Assembly: GCA_048939995.1 (NCBI GenBank)
Contig: JBHLOY010000007.1
Span: 96,001-160,000 of the forward strand
DNA: 64,000 nt
Source of the DNA: Promethearchaeota archaeon
Lineage (GTDB): Archaea > Asgardarchaeota > Lokiarchaeia > Sigyniarchaeales > SOKP01
Reading direction: 5' to 3'
How positions within the stretch are numbered: the first letter of the stretch is position 1; each line of letters begins with the position of its first letter. The notes beneath the pieces are model-generated. The model was not told where the DNA came from, made no database searches, and worked only from the letters and a program-made list of their open reading frames with translations. Below are positions 31,927-40,956 of the stretch, in pieces. The position numbers and the translations under genes are program-made.

Positions 31927-33249
31927 ATGACATTGGATGAATTAGGAGATTGGAGGAAAACCCATTATACTAAGGATATTACTCCAAAACTAGCAGATAA
32001 AGAAGTTATTATAGGAGGATGGGTAAGAAATTTCCGAGATCTTGGGGGCTTAAAATTCATAAATCTCCAAGACAAATATGGGGAACGTCAAATTACTCTC
32101 AAAAAAGGAGTGATCTCTGACAAGTTATTTGAAAAAGCAAAATTAAGTTATCAGTATTGCATAATGGTAAAAGGAATTGTTAAAAAGTTTAAAAATGCTC
32201 CTGGGGGAATAGAAATTATCCCCAATGAATTAAAGATATTAAATATAACACCTGAAAAACTCCCCATTGATATGACTGGTGAAACAAATTCAGAATTAGA
32301 TCTTAGGTTAAATAATCGCGCTTTAGATTTAAGATCCTTGAGAAATCAAGCAATTTTCGATATAAGGGGTGAAGTAATAAGATCTAGCAGAATCTTTTTG
32401 CTTGAAAGAGACTTTACAGAAATTACTACTCCCAAAATAATAGGATCCGCTACTGAAGGCGGTACAGAATTGTTCCCAATTATGTATTTTGATAAAGAAG
32501 CATTTTTGACACAATCTGCTCAATTATATAAAGAACAATTAAGTGGAGCATATGAGAGAGTCTTTGAAATTAGTCCTTGCTTTCGAGCAGAAAAAAGTCG
32601 TACTAAAAGACACATTTGTGAGATTTATACATTAGATGTGGAAATGGCTTTTGTAGATATGTATGATGTCCTTAATACTTTGGAAGAATTAGTTCATAAC
32701 GTAATCATGAATCTCAGGAAAAATAAAATGGCTGCTTTGAAATTCCTCAAAATGGACAATAACACTATTATTCCAGAGATACCCCTCCCAAGATACACTT
32801 ATGATGAAATTTTAGACCTACTACACGAAAAGTTCGCAATTACTATAGAATGGGGGGAAGATATTTCAACTGAAGCATACCGTAAATTGGGAGAAGAGAT
32901 AGAAGGATACTATTATATAACTCATTGGCCAATGTCGATAAAACCATTTTATATTATGCCATCAAAAAACACTAAATATAGTGAATCATTCGATTTACAA
33001 ATGGGATGGCTTGAATTAACCTCTGGAGGAACTAGAGTACATAATAAAGAAAGACTTGTTTCAGCACTTGAGGAAAAAGGATTAAATCCTCTTTCATTTG
33101 AAACACATCTAAATACTTTTGGTTTTGGGATGCCTCCCCATGCTGGCTTTGGATTGGGGATAGCACGGTGGGTAACTTACTTATGTGGTTTAGATGATAT
33201 AAGAGAAGCGGTAATGTATCCAAGAACTCCAGATCGTTTGAACCCTTAA
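31927..33249 (+). CDS. aspS: aspartyl-tRNA synthetase (archaeal type)
   Basis: OB-fold GWV...[34 protein letters not shown]. Confidence 0.95.
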   Translation: MTLDELGDWRKTHYTKDITPKLADKEVIIGGWVRNFRDLGGLKFINLQDKYGERQITLKKGVISDKLFEKAKLSYQYCIMVKGIVKKFKNAPGGIEIIPNELKILNITPEKLPIDMTGETNSELDLRLNNRALDLRSLRNQAIFDIRGEVIRSSRIFLLERDFTEITTPKIIGSATEGGTELFPIMYFDKEAFLTQSAQLYKEQLSGAYERVFEISPCFRAEKSRTKRHICEIYTLDVEMAFVDMYDVLNTLEELVHNVIMNLRKNKMAALKFLKMDNNTIIPEIPLPRYTYDEILDLLHEKFAITIEWGEDISTEAYRKLGEEIEGYYYITHWPMSIKPFYIMPSKNTKYSESFDLQMGWLELTSGGTRVHNKERLVSALEEKGLNPLSFETHLNTFGFGMPPHAGFGLGIARWVTYLCGLDDIREAVMYPRTPDRLNP

Positions 33250-33280
33250 TTTATTTTTAACCACAAACTACTAATTAATT

Positions 33281-34198
33281 ATGGATGAAGATTGGAAAAA
33301 ATCCTATATTAAAGCTGGTAAGGCTGTAATTGCTGCAAAGAAATTAGCTCAAAAGATTGTAAAACCTGGGTTGTTGTTTTTGGACTTAGCAACTAAATGT
33401 GAAGATGAAATTTTAAACCAGGGATGTAAATTAGCCTTTCCTATAAATATTTCCTTAAATGAAATCGCAGCTCATTATAGTCCTACCATTGACGATGAAA
33501 AGATTATACCTGCTAAAGGATTGTTGAAGATTGATTTAGGGGCTCATTATGAAGGTTATATTGCGGATTCTGCTTTTACCATTAATATTAATAATGATAA
33601 AGTTCTTAAAAATTACATTGATGCTGCTGTTGAAAGCCTTGAAGCAGCAATTGCTAAATTTAAACCAGGAACTAAGCTATATGAATTAGGAGAAGTCATC
33701 GCTGATAAGATCATAAATCATGGATTAAGACCAATTGTTAATCTTGGGGGTCATGAATTAAAGAGATATAATTTGCATGCTGGCCCATTTATACCAAATT
33801 TTCGAGACACTAGTCATAATCAAATATTAAAAATAGGTGATTCTTACGCGTGCGAGCCATTTGCGACATCTGGAGTGGGCAAAGTTATGAATGGAAATGA
33901 ATCTTATATATATAGATTTGTTAGAAAAGCCAAAAAAGATATGTCTTATAAAGATTTAGATATTATGAAAAAGATTGAGAATATTACGCAACGTCTTCCT
34001 TTTTCTCCTCGATTGTTAGAAAAAAATGGAATTGAAAAACAAGAAATTAATAACATCATTAATAAATTCTTACGAAAAAAAATTCTTGATAATTATCCCA
34101 TATTGATAGAAAGATCAGGTGAACCTGTAGCCCAACAAGAACATACAATTATTATAGATATGGATGGAAATCCAATTGTCATCACACGAGAAGAGTAA
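33281..34198 (+). CDS. map: methionine aminopeptidase type II
   Basis: AFPINIS.NEIAAHYSP, KIDLGAH..GYIADSAFT, NLGGH...LHAG, EPFATSG, QQEHT. Confidence 0.95.
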   Translation: MDEDWKKSYIKAGKAVIAAKKLAQKIVKPGLLFLDLATKCEDEILNQGCKLAFPINISLNEIAAHYSPTIDDEKIIPAKGLLKIDLGAHYEGYIADSAFTININNDKVLKNYIDAAVESLEAAIAKFKPGTKLYELGEVIADKIINHGLRPIVNLGGHELKRYNLHAGPFIPNFRDTSHNQILKIGDSYACEPFATSGVGKVMNGNESYIYRFVRKAKKDMSYKDLDIMKKIENITQRLPFSPRLLEKNGIEKQEINNIINKFLRKKILDNYPILIERSGEPVAQQEHTIIIDMDGNPIVITREE

Positions 34199-35039
34199 AG
34201 AAAAAGAGTTAATTCCTGTTATTTTATGTGCAGGAGAGGGAACTAGGTATGGAAAACTTACTCAAAATTTACCTAAACCTCTAATCCAGTTGAAATTATT
34301 AAACAATGAGTCGATACTCTCTTATTTAATTAAAAATCTTTTATCTTTACATCTCAAAAAAGTTGTTATAATTACTGGGTATTTAAATGAAAAAATTGAA
34401 TTTTCTGTGAATTTAATGAAAAAGGACTCAAATAACAAAGGTAAATTAGTTCTGATTCATTCTGGAAAACAATACAAGAAAGGCCCTCTCTTTTCCTTAC
34501 TTTCCATAGTTCAAAATAAAGAAATATATGCAAAAAATAATATATTTATTATTTTTCCCGGAGATACTATTTTCGAAATACAATTACTGAAAGAAGTCTT
34601 CGATTTTATTTATAAAAGGATAACAGTTTTTACCAAACCTTGTATTTTTTTCCAAGAAATTTATCATTTAAATGACTATTTAAAAATTGATAAATCTAAT
34701 CCTAAACTTGTATCTATAATAGAATCTGAAGATTCTAAGAGTGGAAGAATAGTTAAAGAAATTAAAAAGATTGATTTGAATTTAATTTCAAAAGGGTCTC
34801 TCATAAATTTGGCTGTCCCTATTCTAGTTTTTAATTTTAAATTTATAAAGATTTTGCATAAACTTTCTGAGAGTAATCCCGTAGGAGAAATAAGAGAAAC
34901 TTTGAATATTTACTTAAAGCAAAATCAAAGGATTATTTCTAAAAAATTAAATTCGAAATATAAGTTTTATGATATTGATACGTCTGAAGACTTAAATTAT
35001 TTTAATCAGATCAAAAAAAAAGAAAAAGGTGGACAATAG
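34164..35039 (+). CDS. nucleotidyltransferase (NTP_transferase family), divergent
   Basis: ILCAGEGTRYG.LT...PKPL, PGD, DIDT.EDL; overlaps the map 3' end; its tail KKKEKGGQ* is the antisense of the candidate ncRNA terminator and 3' end. Confidence 0.75.
   Translation: MEIQLSSHEKSKEKELIPVILCAGEGTRYGKLTQNLPKPLIQLKLLNNESILSYLIKNLLSLHLKKVVIITGYLNEKIEFSVNLMKKDSNNKGKLVLIHSGKQYKKGPLFSLLSIVQNKEIYAKNNIFIIFPGDTIFEIQLLKEVFDFIYKRITVFTKPCIFFQEIYHLNDYLKIDKSNPKLVSIIESEDSKSGRIVKEIKKIDLNLISKGSLINLAVPILVFNFKFIKILHKLSESNPVGEIRETLNIYLKQNQRIISKKLNSKYKFYDIDTSEDLNYFNQIKKKEKGGQ
35013..35027 (-). terminator. oligo-U terminator for the candidate ncRNA
   Basis: Minus strand TTTTTCTTTTTTTTT immediately after ...ACTATTGTCCACC. 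Confidence 0.6.
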
Positions 35040-35474
35040 TAGCTCCGATAACCTCCGAAGAAATGTTTCAAAGGAATCAAGAATTCCTATGAATTCTCTC
35101 CTGGATCAAAGCTTCTATTGGGAAAACAGAACTTTTTAAAAGAGCATTTTTGTTTTGTTGTCTCGAGTATCAAAAAAACCACTCAACACCACAAGAACTC
35201 ATTTAATAATTGCTCCTCAGATTAATTTATTCTCTCAACGTAAAAACTCATAATTGCTCCAGAGTATTAATTATTACAATTTACGAGTGTTTGTATAAAA
35301 ACCTTAAGGAATGAATGTAATTCAAATATTAAACAACTGGATTCAATGTCTTCATTAAATCCTTTTGTACCAAAAAAAAAATCATTGTTGTTGTTTTACT
35401 TACTAGGTGGTCACAACTTTTTCAGTAGAGGGACCGTATTAATTGTATCTAAATCCAATGCAATACTATTGTCC
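35028..35474 (-). ncRNA. candidate ~445-nt structured non-coding RNA of unknown class
   Basis: No ORF of 60 aa or more; 12-bp terminal complementarity (35030-35041 / 35464-35475); several internal helices with G-U pairs on the minus strand; TATA box ending 24 nt upstream; U-tract downstream; ~31% GC by hand count, visibly above the other spacers. Confidence 0.65.
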
Positions 35475-35497
35475 AATAAATTAAATGGTGAATTGAC

Positions 35498-35512
35498 TAT
35501 TTAAATCTTTTT
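35498..35512 (-). promoter_or_regulatory. archaeal BRE + TATA promoter
   Basis: Minus strand AAAAAGA-TTTAAATA; TATA occupies -31..-24 relative to G35474. Confidence 0.65.
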
Positions 35513-35587
35513 ATTAACATAAATTATGAACTATACATATGCAATTAAGAAAATTTGAAATATCAAAATTGATTTTATAAATAAATC

Positions 35588-35983
35588 ATGTCTGATAGTG
35601 GAGAAATCCCAATTAAAATTGATCTATTTGGAATTGGTACTTTAGAGGCACATATTAATAGATATTTTGCTCCTTTATCTGCTGATGCGATTTTAGATAA
35701 ATTACCTCTTAATCTAAGAGGAAGATTTAGTTTTGGATCAAAAAAACATTGGATACTTCCGGGGGTAGAAATATTTAAAGGAACGAATCCAAAATCTAAA
35801 AATGAAGTAGACAAGGGTGATATAATTTATAATCCAAAAGCAGATGAATTAATAATGGTCATAGAAACGTCTTTAATGCCGAATAAAGTAAATTTGATCG
35901 GAAAAATATTCAGCAATCTTGATCTTCTATTAAAAGCTAGGAATGGATTAAACACGAAAATCTATAAGGCTTCTAGAAAATAA
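35588..35983 (+). CDS. cyclophilin-like fold protein (DUF369/TM1367-like)
   Basis: RYFAPLSADAILDKLP, EVDKGDIIYNP..D.L, KVNLIGKI. Confidence 0.7.
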   Translation: MSDSGEIPIKIDLFGIGTLEAHINRYFAPLSADAILDKLPLNLRGRFSFGSKKHWILPGVEIFKGTNPKSKNEVDKGDIIYNPKADELIMVIETSLMPNKVNLIGKIFSNLDLLLKARNGLNTKIYKASRK

Positions 35984-35997
35984 CGGAAATAAATATT

Positions 35998-36816
35998 ATG
36001 TTAGTATCAAAAAAGTTAACGATTGTATTCATTATTTTTTATTTGGCCACAATTATATACCTTTTATTATTTCTAACGGTTCCAGTAATACAAGAAGCAA
36101 TTATTCAATCAAGAAGAAATATATACCTAATAACAGAAGGATCAAACTATATCTTAGCATTATTAATTTCGTTCTTTATTTGCTTAATTGGAAATGCTAG
36201 TGTAGGATTCCCTATACCCTATCCCTTTATTCTTTTATCTTTTTCGAATTCTATCTATTCAAATTTTGAAACTTTAGGTTTAACCATTGGAGGAATCTTA
36301 ACTAATGGATATTTTTGGTTAGAGATATTGGGTATTGCAATTGTAGGAGGATTAGGTAGTGCTCTAGGAGAACTAGTTAGTCTTTTAATTGGAAAAGGAG
36401 CAAAGAAGATTGCTAAGAAAAGTACAAGTAAAACTTTGAAAAATGTTCAAGGTTTTGGTAAAATAATTTTAGAACATCCCAAAACCATGTATTTATATAT
36501 ATTTATTGCTGCAGCATTACCCATTCCTGATGATCCCTTATGGATTGCTTTAGGTATGTCAGAAAAGCGTATAAATTTTCATAAATGTCTAATTTCAGCA
36601 TGGATGGGGAAGAATATAACCACTTTATTCTATGCATTCCTACCTATATTAGTTCTATTTGGTGTAAATGCAACTGGTATAGAAATAGGAGATCTTTCAA
36701 GTGCAATAATAGAGGTTGTACTTCTATTAATTACTTTAACCTTAATGTATTTTATTATGACGTTCGATTGGACTAAACTTCTTGAAAAAAATAAGGAACG
36801 TAAACTGAAAACTTAA
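35998..36816 (+). CDS. DedA/VTT (SNARE-associated) family membrane protein
   Basis: GNASVGFPIPY, GGLGSALGELVS..IG.G, AALPIPDD......G. Confidence 0.75.
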   Translation: MLVSKKLTIVFIIFYLATIIYLLLFLTVPVIQEAIIQSRRNIYLITEGSNYILALLISFFICLIGNASVGFPIPYPFILLSFSNSIYSNFETLGLTIGGILTNGYFWLEILGIAIVGGLGSALGELVSLLIGKGAKKIAKKSTSKTLKNVQGFGKIILEHPKTMYLYIFIAAALPIPDDPLWIALGMSEKRINFHKCLISAWMGKNITTLFYAFLPILVLFGVNATGIEIGDLSSAIIEVVLLLITLTLMYFIMTFDWTKLLEKNKERKLKT

Positions 36817-36822
36817 TATTTG

Positions 36823-36987
36823 TTATTTATTGTTATTTAAGCAGTTTTTACAAACAAAAATTACTTTTTCCTTTTTTTTTGAATTCTCATCATAATAAAT
36901 TCTTTTATATATGAAATTCTTGCAAACTTCACAAATCGCAGAAGTTCTGGTTTCTCCTAATAATGGACCTAATTTATCAAATGACAT
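36823..36987 (-). CDS. small CxxC-CxxC zinc-finger protein (54 aa, missed by ORF track)
   Basis: MSFDKLGPLLGETRTSAICEVCKNFIYKRIYYDENSKKKEKVIFVCKNCLNNNK*; starts 7 nt after the Alba-like stop. Confidence 0.7.
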   Translation of the reverse strand: MSFDKLGPLLGETRTSAICEVCKNFIYKRIYYDENSKKKEKVIFVCKNCLNNNK

Positions 36988-36994
36988 TATAAAA

Positions 36995-37312
36995 CTATAG
37001 ATTTAATTTTGAAAGAGTTATTTCAATGTTGGAAATTATATCTTTTTTTTGCTGAGGTTTTTGTCTATTTTTATATCTATGTTGTTTATGATTATAATAC
37101 GGGCGACTTCCTAATGATATATTGGCAATTTCTATATTTGGGTACATTCTATGTTTCAAAATTTCAGCCACTTCAACTGCGGTTGAGATTTCATTCCCCT
37201 CTCCTTTTATCATTAAAGATTTGGTTCCTCCTGAAAAAGCAAAAATAGCATTTTTAATTGTTTTATCTTTATCAGAGCGATTTTTTATTATTAGTGTAGT
37301 ATCATTAGCCAT
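36995..37312 (-). CDS. divergent Alba-family nucleic-acid-binding protein
   Basis: LMIKGEGNEISTAVEVAEILKHR and ISNIEITL match Alba IKARG.AIS.AVDVAE and VSTIEI.L. Confidence 0.75.
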   Translation of the reverse strand: MANDTTLIIKNRSDKDKTIKNAIFAFSGGTKSLMIKGEGNEISTAVEVAEILKHRMYPNIEIANISLGSRPYYNHKQHRYKNRQKPQQKKDIISNIEITLSKLNL

Positions 37313-37434
37313 AGAAGAACCTTCTCAATAAAATAAATAGGAATGATTAAAAAGAAGTCTAATTAGTTATTATTTACCAATAAATATAAAATTTGTTCAA
37401 ATTATTTATGTGATTTATTCTCAAAATAAAATTC

Positions 37435-38628
37435 TTAGTTTAGTTTAAATTCTGAGCGCTTATTTAAATCATCCAAAATGGTTTGATATTCAAAACTTCT
37501 GGATTCAAAATGTTCAATTATTTTTCGCTCATCTGTATCAAGATACTCAAAATATGGAGAGATTATTTCTATCCGTTTAGTGAATTCTTCAATAATTTTG
37601 TTATACCAGTCATTTGGTTTTGATAATAAGGCTTGAATTTTTTTCTTGAATTTTTTTTTAAGCTTAGAATTATCATTTTTAATTTCAAGTAAAGAAGTCT
37701 CATATTCTTTAATCTGATTTTCTATTTTCTCTCTGAATTTTGGAATTCTATAGCTTTTCTTAAAAAATTCTGGATCCCATTCATATAAATATCTTTCATC
37801 TTCTTCAGCCTCCTCTTCATTGTTAGTGACTTTAATATCAGTTTTGGGTACTAAAATTAAACCATAATTTCTTTGTAGTTGAGCTAAATACTTTTTACGT
37901 AATATCTCATCGATATAAGTTAATTCTTTTAATACTTTCTCTATCTTTTCACCTAAGTCAATAATTATAGACTCTACTTTCTTAACCATCTCTTTTTCAT
38001 TATATTCATAGTTCAACACTGTAAAATCATACGTGGAAAACATACCTTGATCTGGATTTAAAATTCTTAATGCGGCCACACCGGGAAAAAAGTCGGGTGA
38101 TTTTAATTCACAGTGATCGAAAATTAAACCTACAGCAAAAGGATTTGGAATTTGATAGCCCAGTTGGGTTAAACAATCTATTGGACTAAAAAAAAATTTA
38201 AAGCCGGGATGGGAATGCCACCAACCGATTATAAAATCGTTTTTTTTGTCTTGTATAGATTTTTCAAATATTGATTCATCTATCTGCGCCATATCAACAT
38301 ATTGTTTATTCTCATATTTAACCCCTGCTCGATCACCAACTACCATCGGAATGGCATCCTTAATGATAACTTGTTTATTATCTTCAATAGATCCGATTAA
38401 AATTCCATAAACTTCACGCCAATTTTTTGTTGATAAGTTATTATTAGCATACCTTATTGCATAACCGACCATTCTTCGATATGCATTTAACTTTAATAAT
38501 ACAGGAGTTTTAGCCGGATTAATTCCGTATCTTTCTATTAATTTAGCAGTCGCGGACAATTCTGTCAGATTTTTAGAATTTATTAAGTCATTGTCTTCTT
38601 TATCGGGTTTTCCTTGTTTGAGGTTCAT
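37435..38628 (-). CDS. MPN+/JAMM metalloprotease (Rpn11/CSN5-like) with long helical C-terminus
   Basis: REVYGILIG ... IIGWWHSHPGFKFFFSPID..TQ, an intact JAMM motif. Confidence 0.85.
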   Translation of the reverse strand: MNLKQGKPDKEDNDLINSKNLTELSATAKLIERYGINPAKTPVLLKLNAYRRMVGYAIRYANNNLSTKNWREVYGILIGSIEDNKQVIIKDAIPMVVGDRAGVKYENKQYVDMAQIDESIFEKSIQDKKNDFIIGWWHSHPGFKFFFSPIDCLTQLGYQIPNPFAVGLIFDHCELKSPDFFPGVAALRILNPDQGMFSTYDFTVLNYEYNEKEMVKKVESIIIDLGEKIEKVLKELTYIDEILRKKYLAQLQRNYGLILVPKTDIKVTNNEEEAEEDERYLYEWDPEFFKKSYRIPKFREKIENQIKEYETSLLEIKNDNSKLKKKFKKKIQALLSKPNDWYNKIIEEFTKRIEIISPYFEYLDTDERKIIEHFESRSFEYQTILDDLNKRSEFKLN

Positions 38629-38732
38629 TTTTTAACCATGAAATAATTTTTTAACAAATTAATTATAGTTTAAAGATTTTTATTCTTTTATATAGTTTCA
38701 AATTTATTCTCCAGTCTAATTTGACTTAAGTA

Positions 38733-39275
38733 ATGAAAGTTATAGGATTTTGTGGCCTTCCAGGATCAGGTAAATCAACAGCCTTAAAAGCAATTCAAGA
38801 TTTGGGTATAATCATTAATATGGGTGATATTGTACGGGATGAGGCAGAAAGGAGAAATCTCCACCCAAATGATCAGAATCTTGGTGAAATAGCTAAAGAA
38901 TTAAGAGAAAAGCATGGTAAAAATATAATTGCTAAAAAATGTGTACAATTAATAAAAAGTATGAAAGCTGAAGTAGTTTTTGTTGATGGTATTAGATCAG
39001 CATATGAAATTGATGTGTTTAGGAAGCATTGGAAGTTTCCAGTGATTGAAATTGCTACTAAAAACGCAATAAGATATAAAAGAATTTTAGGGCGATCAAG
39101 AAGTGATGATCCAATAGCTCTATCTAACATAATTGAGAGAGATGATAGAGAGATTGAATTTGGCATCAAAGAAGTATTATCACTAGCTGATTATAAAATT
39201 GTAAACAACTCTACAAAAGAGAAACTAAATAGAAAGACTAGAAAACTACTATTGAAAGTCCTAAAAAATTATTAA
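38733..39275 (+). CDS. archaeal P-loop kinase (UPF0200 / dephospho-CoA kinase-like)
   Basis: GLPGSGKS, MGDIVR, VDGIRS..E, R.R.DD, RD.RE..FG. Confidence 0.75.
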   Translation: MKVIGFCGLPGSGKSTALKAIQDLGIIINMGDIVRDEAERRNLHPNDQNLGEIAKELREKHGKNIIAKKCVQLIKSMKAEVVFVDGIRSAYEIDVFRKHWKFPVIEIATKNAIRYKRILGRSRSDDPIALSNIIERDDREIEFGIKEVLSLADYKIVNNSTKEKLNRKTRKLLLKVLKNY

Positions 39276-40183
39276 CTGATTAAATGCTTAGATATTACTT
39301 TTGCTAACGAAACTTTTGCTAATTCATTGTCGATTGAATCAGTACCAATTATATCATCGGCCCCAGCTTTTAAAATCCTAAACTTCGCTTGTTGGAGCAT
39401 TAAAGCATGAGTTGCTGCTGCATAAATTTTATGTGCTCCACTCTTTTTTAGTATTTTAATTGCTTCTGCCATCGTCCCCCCCGTAGAAATAATGTCATCA
39501 GCAATAACAACGTCTTTATTATTTAAATCAAATTGACCCGTCATTGTAATACTTCCTGTTTTAAGATCTCTCTCTTTCTCAAAATATTCTACTGGGATAT
39601 CATCGCCGAAATGCTTTGCAAAAGCTTTAGATCTTTCTATTGCCCCTTTATCAGGAGATATCACCACAATATCCTTAGCTTTTAATGATTTTATGTAGTC
39701 AGCTAAGATTTCCATTGAATTAATATTTATCACTTTGCAAGAAAAGTTTCTCAAAATCTCGGGATTATGTATATCTACAGTATAAAATTCATCAATATCA
39801 AATGAATTCAAAATTTTTACAAGTATCTCACCAAATGGACATTCTCCTATTCTAAATGCCTTATCTTGGCGAGCGTATGCTAGATAAGGGACTACAACGA
39901 TAATCTTCTTAGGTTTCATTAACTTAATCGAGTTAATTATCATAAAAAGTTCAAATAATCTTTTATTTTGATCAGCACTTGAGCTAGGTCCTGTGGAGTG
40001 AACTATTATGACTTCATTATCTTCAATTATCTTCTTATCTTCAATGTTTACTCGTAAATAATTTTCACCATCGGGAAAGTTTTTAAATTCTGTGTTTATT
40101 GCTGGAATTCCTAATTCATTCGCAATTTTTACTCCAAGAATTTGGCTTCCAGGGCCCACAATCAATACTTTTTCCATATCCAT
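39272..40183 (-). CDS. prs: ribose-phosphate pyrophosphokinase
   Basis: FPDGE, PYLAYARQDK, VDIH, SPDKGA, DDIISTGGT, ATHA. Confidence 0.95.
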   Translation of the reverse strand: MDMEKVLIVGPGSQILGVKIANELGIPAINTEFKNFPDGENYLRVNIEDKKIIEDNEVIIVHSTGPSSSADQNKRLFELFMIINSIKLMKPKKIIVVVPYLAYARQDKAFRIGECPFGEILVKILNSFDIDEFYTVDIHNPEILRNFSCKVININSMEILADYIKSLKAKDIVVISPDKGAIERSKAFAKHFGDDIPVEYFEKERDLKTGSITMTGQFDLNNKDVVIADDIISTGGTMAEAIKILKKSGAHKIYAAATHALMLQQAKFRILKAGADDIIGTDSIDNELAKVSLAKVISKHLIS

Positions 40184-40225
40184 CTCTCCTAAAAAATAAA
40201 TTATTATTTTAAATAATCTCTCTTT

Positions 40226-40945
40226 TTATAAATTCTTTATAAACTTAAGACTGTATTGAAATAATTCTTCTCTATGACCTTTAAAAGAATGACCTCCGTC
40301 ATTAAATATGAGAACGTTATTATCATCCAAACCCAATTGATTCTTTATCTGATAAAGATTTTCAAACGGAATCCTATTATCATCTTTACAGTGAGCAATT
40401 AGAATCCTATCATTATTATTATCTTTTTTTATTAAGAAATATTTTGGACTAATTTTTTTTATAATATCATCTGAAAATTTAACATTAGTCGTATCATAGT
40501 CATATCGCGTACAGAGTGTAATTAGCTTCTTTACACGTTCATCTATAAAACCATAAGTCAAAATTATAGCTCCTCCTAAACTTCTGCCAAAAAGTATAAT
40601 CTTCTCATCTAAAAGTCTTTTAGATTGATTTTTAATAAGCCAATCAATTACAACTCCTATATCCTTAAAAATATCTACAACTAATCTATACCACGATTTA
40701 TGTCCTGTTTGTTTCTTAGTTTCTCCATGTGCTCTGTAATCATAAGATAGAACATAATAACCTGCTTCCGCAAATTTTTCACTATAATATCTTACAAAAT
40801 AACTTTCCCGATGATCTAATAATCCTGCTAGGTTAATTACAAAAGGCGCTTGATGATCTTTTTCTCTATAATAGATAGAACCTTTTAAATTGATATTATC
40901 TGAGACTAAAGGTATATCTACATTTTCAACCATTAAATTTTTCAT
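40226..40945 (-). CDS. alpha/beta-hydrolase
   Basis: DYRAHGE, GRSLGG nucleophile elbow, D..IP, GGHSF. Confidence 0.85.
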   Translation of the reverse strand: MKNLMVENVDIPLVSDNINLKGSIYYREKDHQAPFVINLAGLLDHRESYFVRYYSEKFAEAGYYVLSYDYRAHGETKKQTGHKSWYRLVVDIFKDIGVVIDWLIKNQSKRLLDEKIILFGRSLGGAIILTYGFIDERVKKLITLCTRYDYDTTNVKFSDDIIKKISPKYFLIKKDNNNDRILIAHCKDDNRIPFENLYQIKNQLGLDDNNVLIFNDGGHSFKGHREELFQYSLKFIKNL

Positions 40946-40956
40946 GAAAATTGTAC

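Noticed and set aside
35028-35474. Assignment as RNase P RNA, SRP RNA or SECIS
   Set aside because: GGAGCAA and UGAAAC occur but in the wrong order and without the P4 pseudoknot strands; no SRP helix-8 motif; no adjacent in-frame UGA gene for a SECIS.
35030-35475. MITE interpretation of the 12-bp terminal inverted repeat
   Set aside because: No flanking target-site duplication, no transposase or second copy in the window, and the promoter and terminator lie exactly outside the repeats. Not fully excluded without a genome-wide search.
35575-35814. 79-aa minus-strand ORF that could make the RNA region a 3' UTR
   Set aside because: Antisense shadow of the DUF369-like gene, with no motifs.
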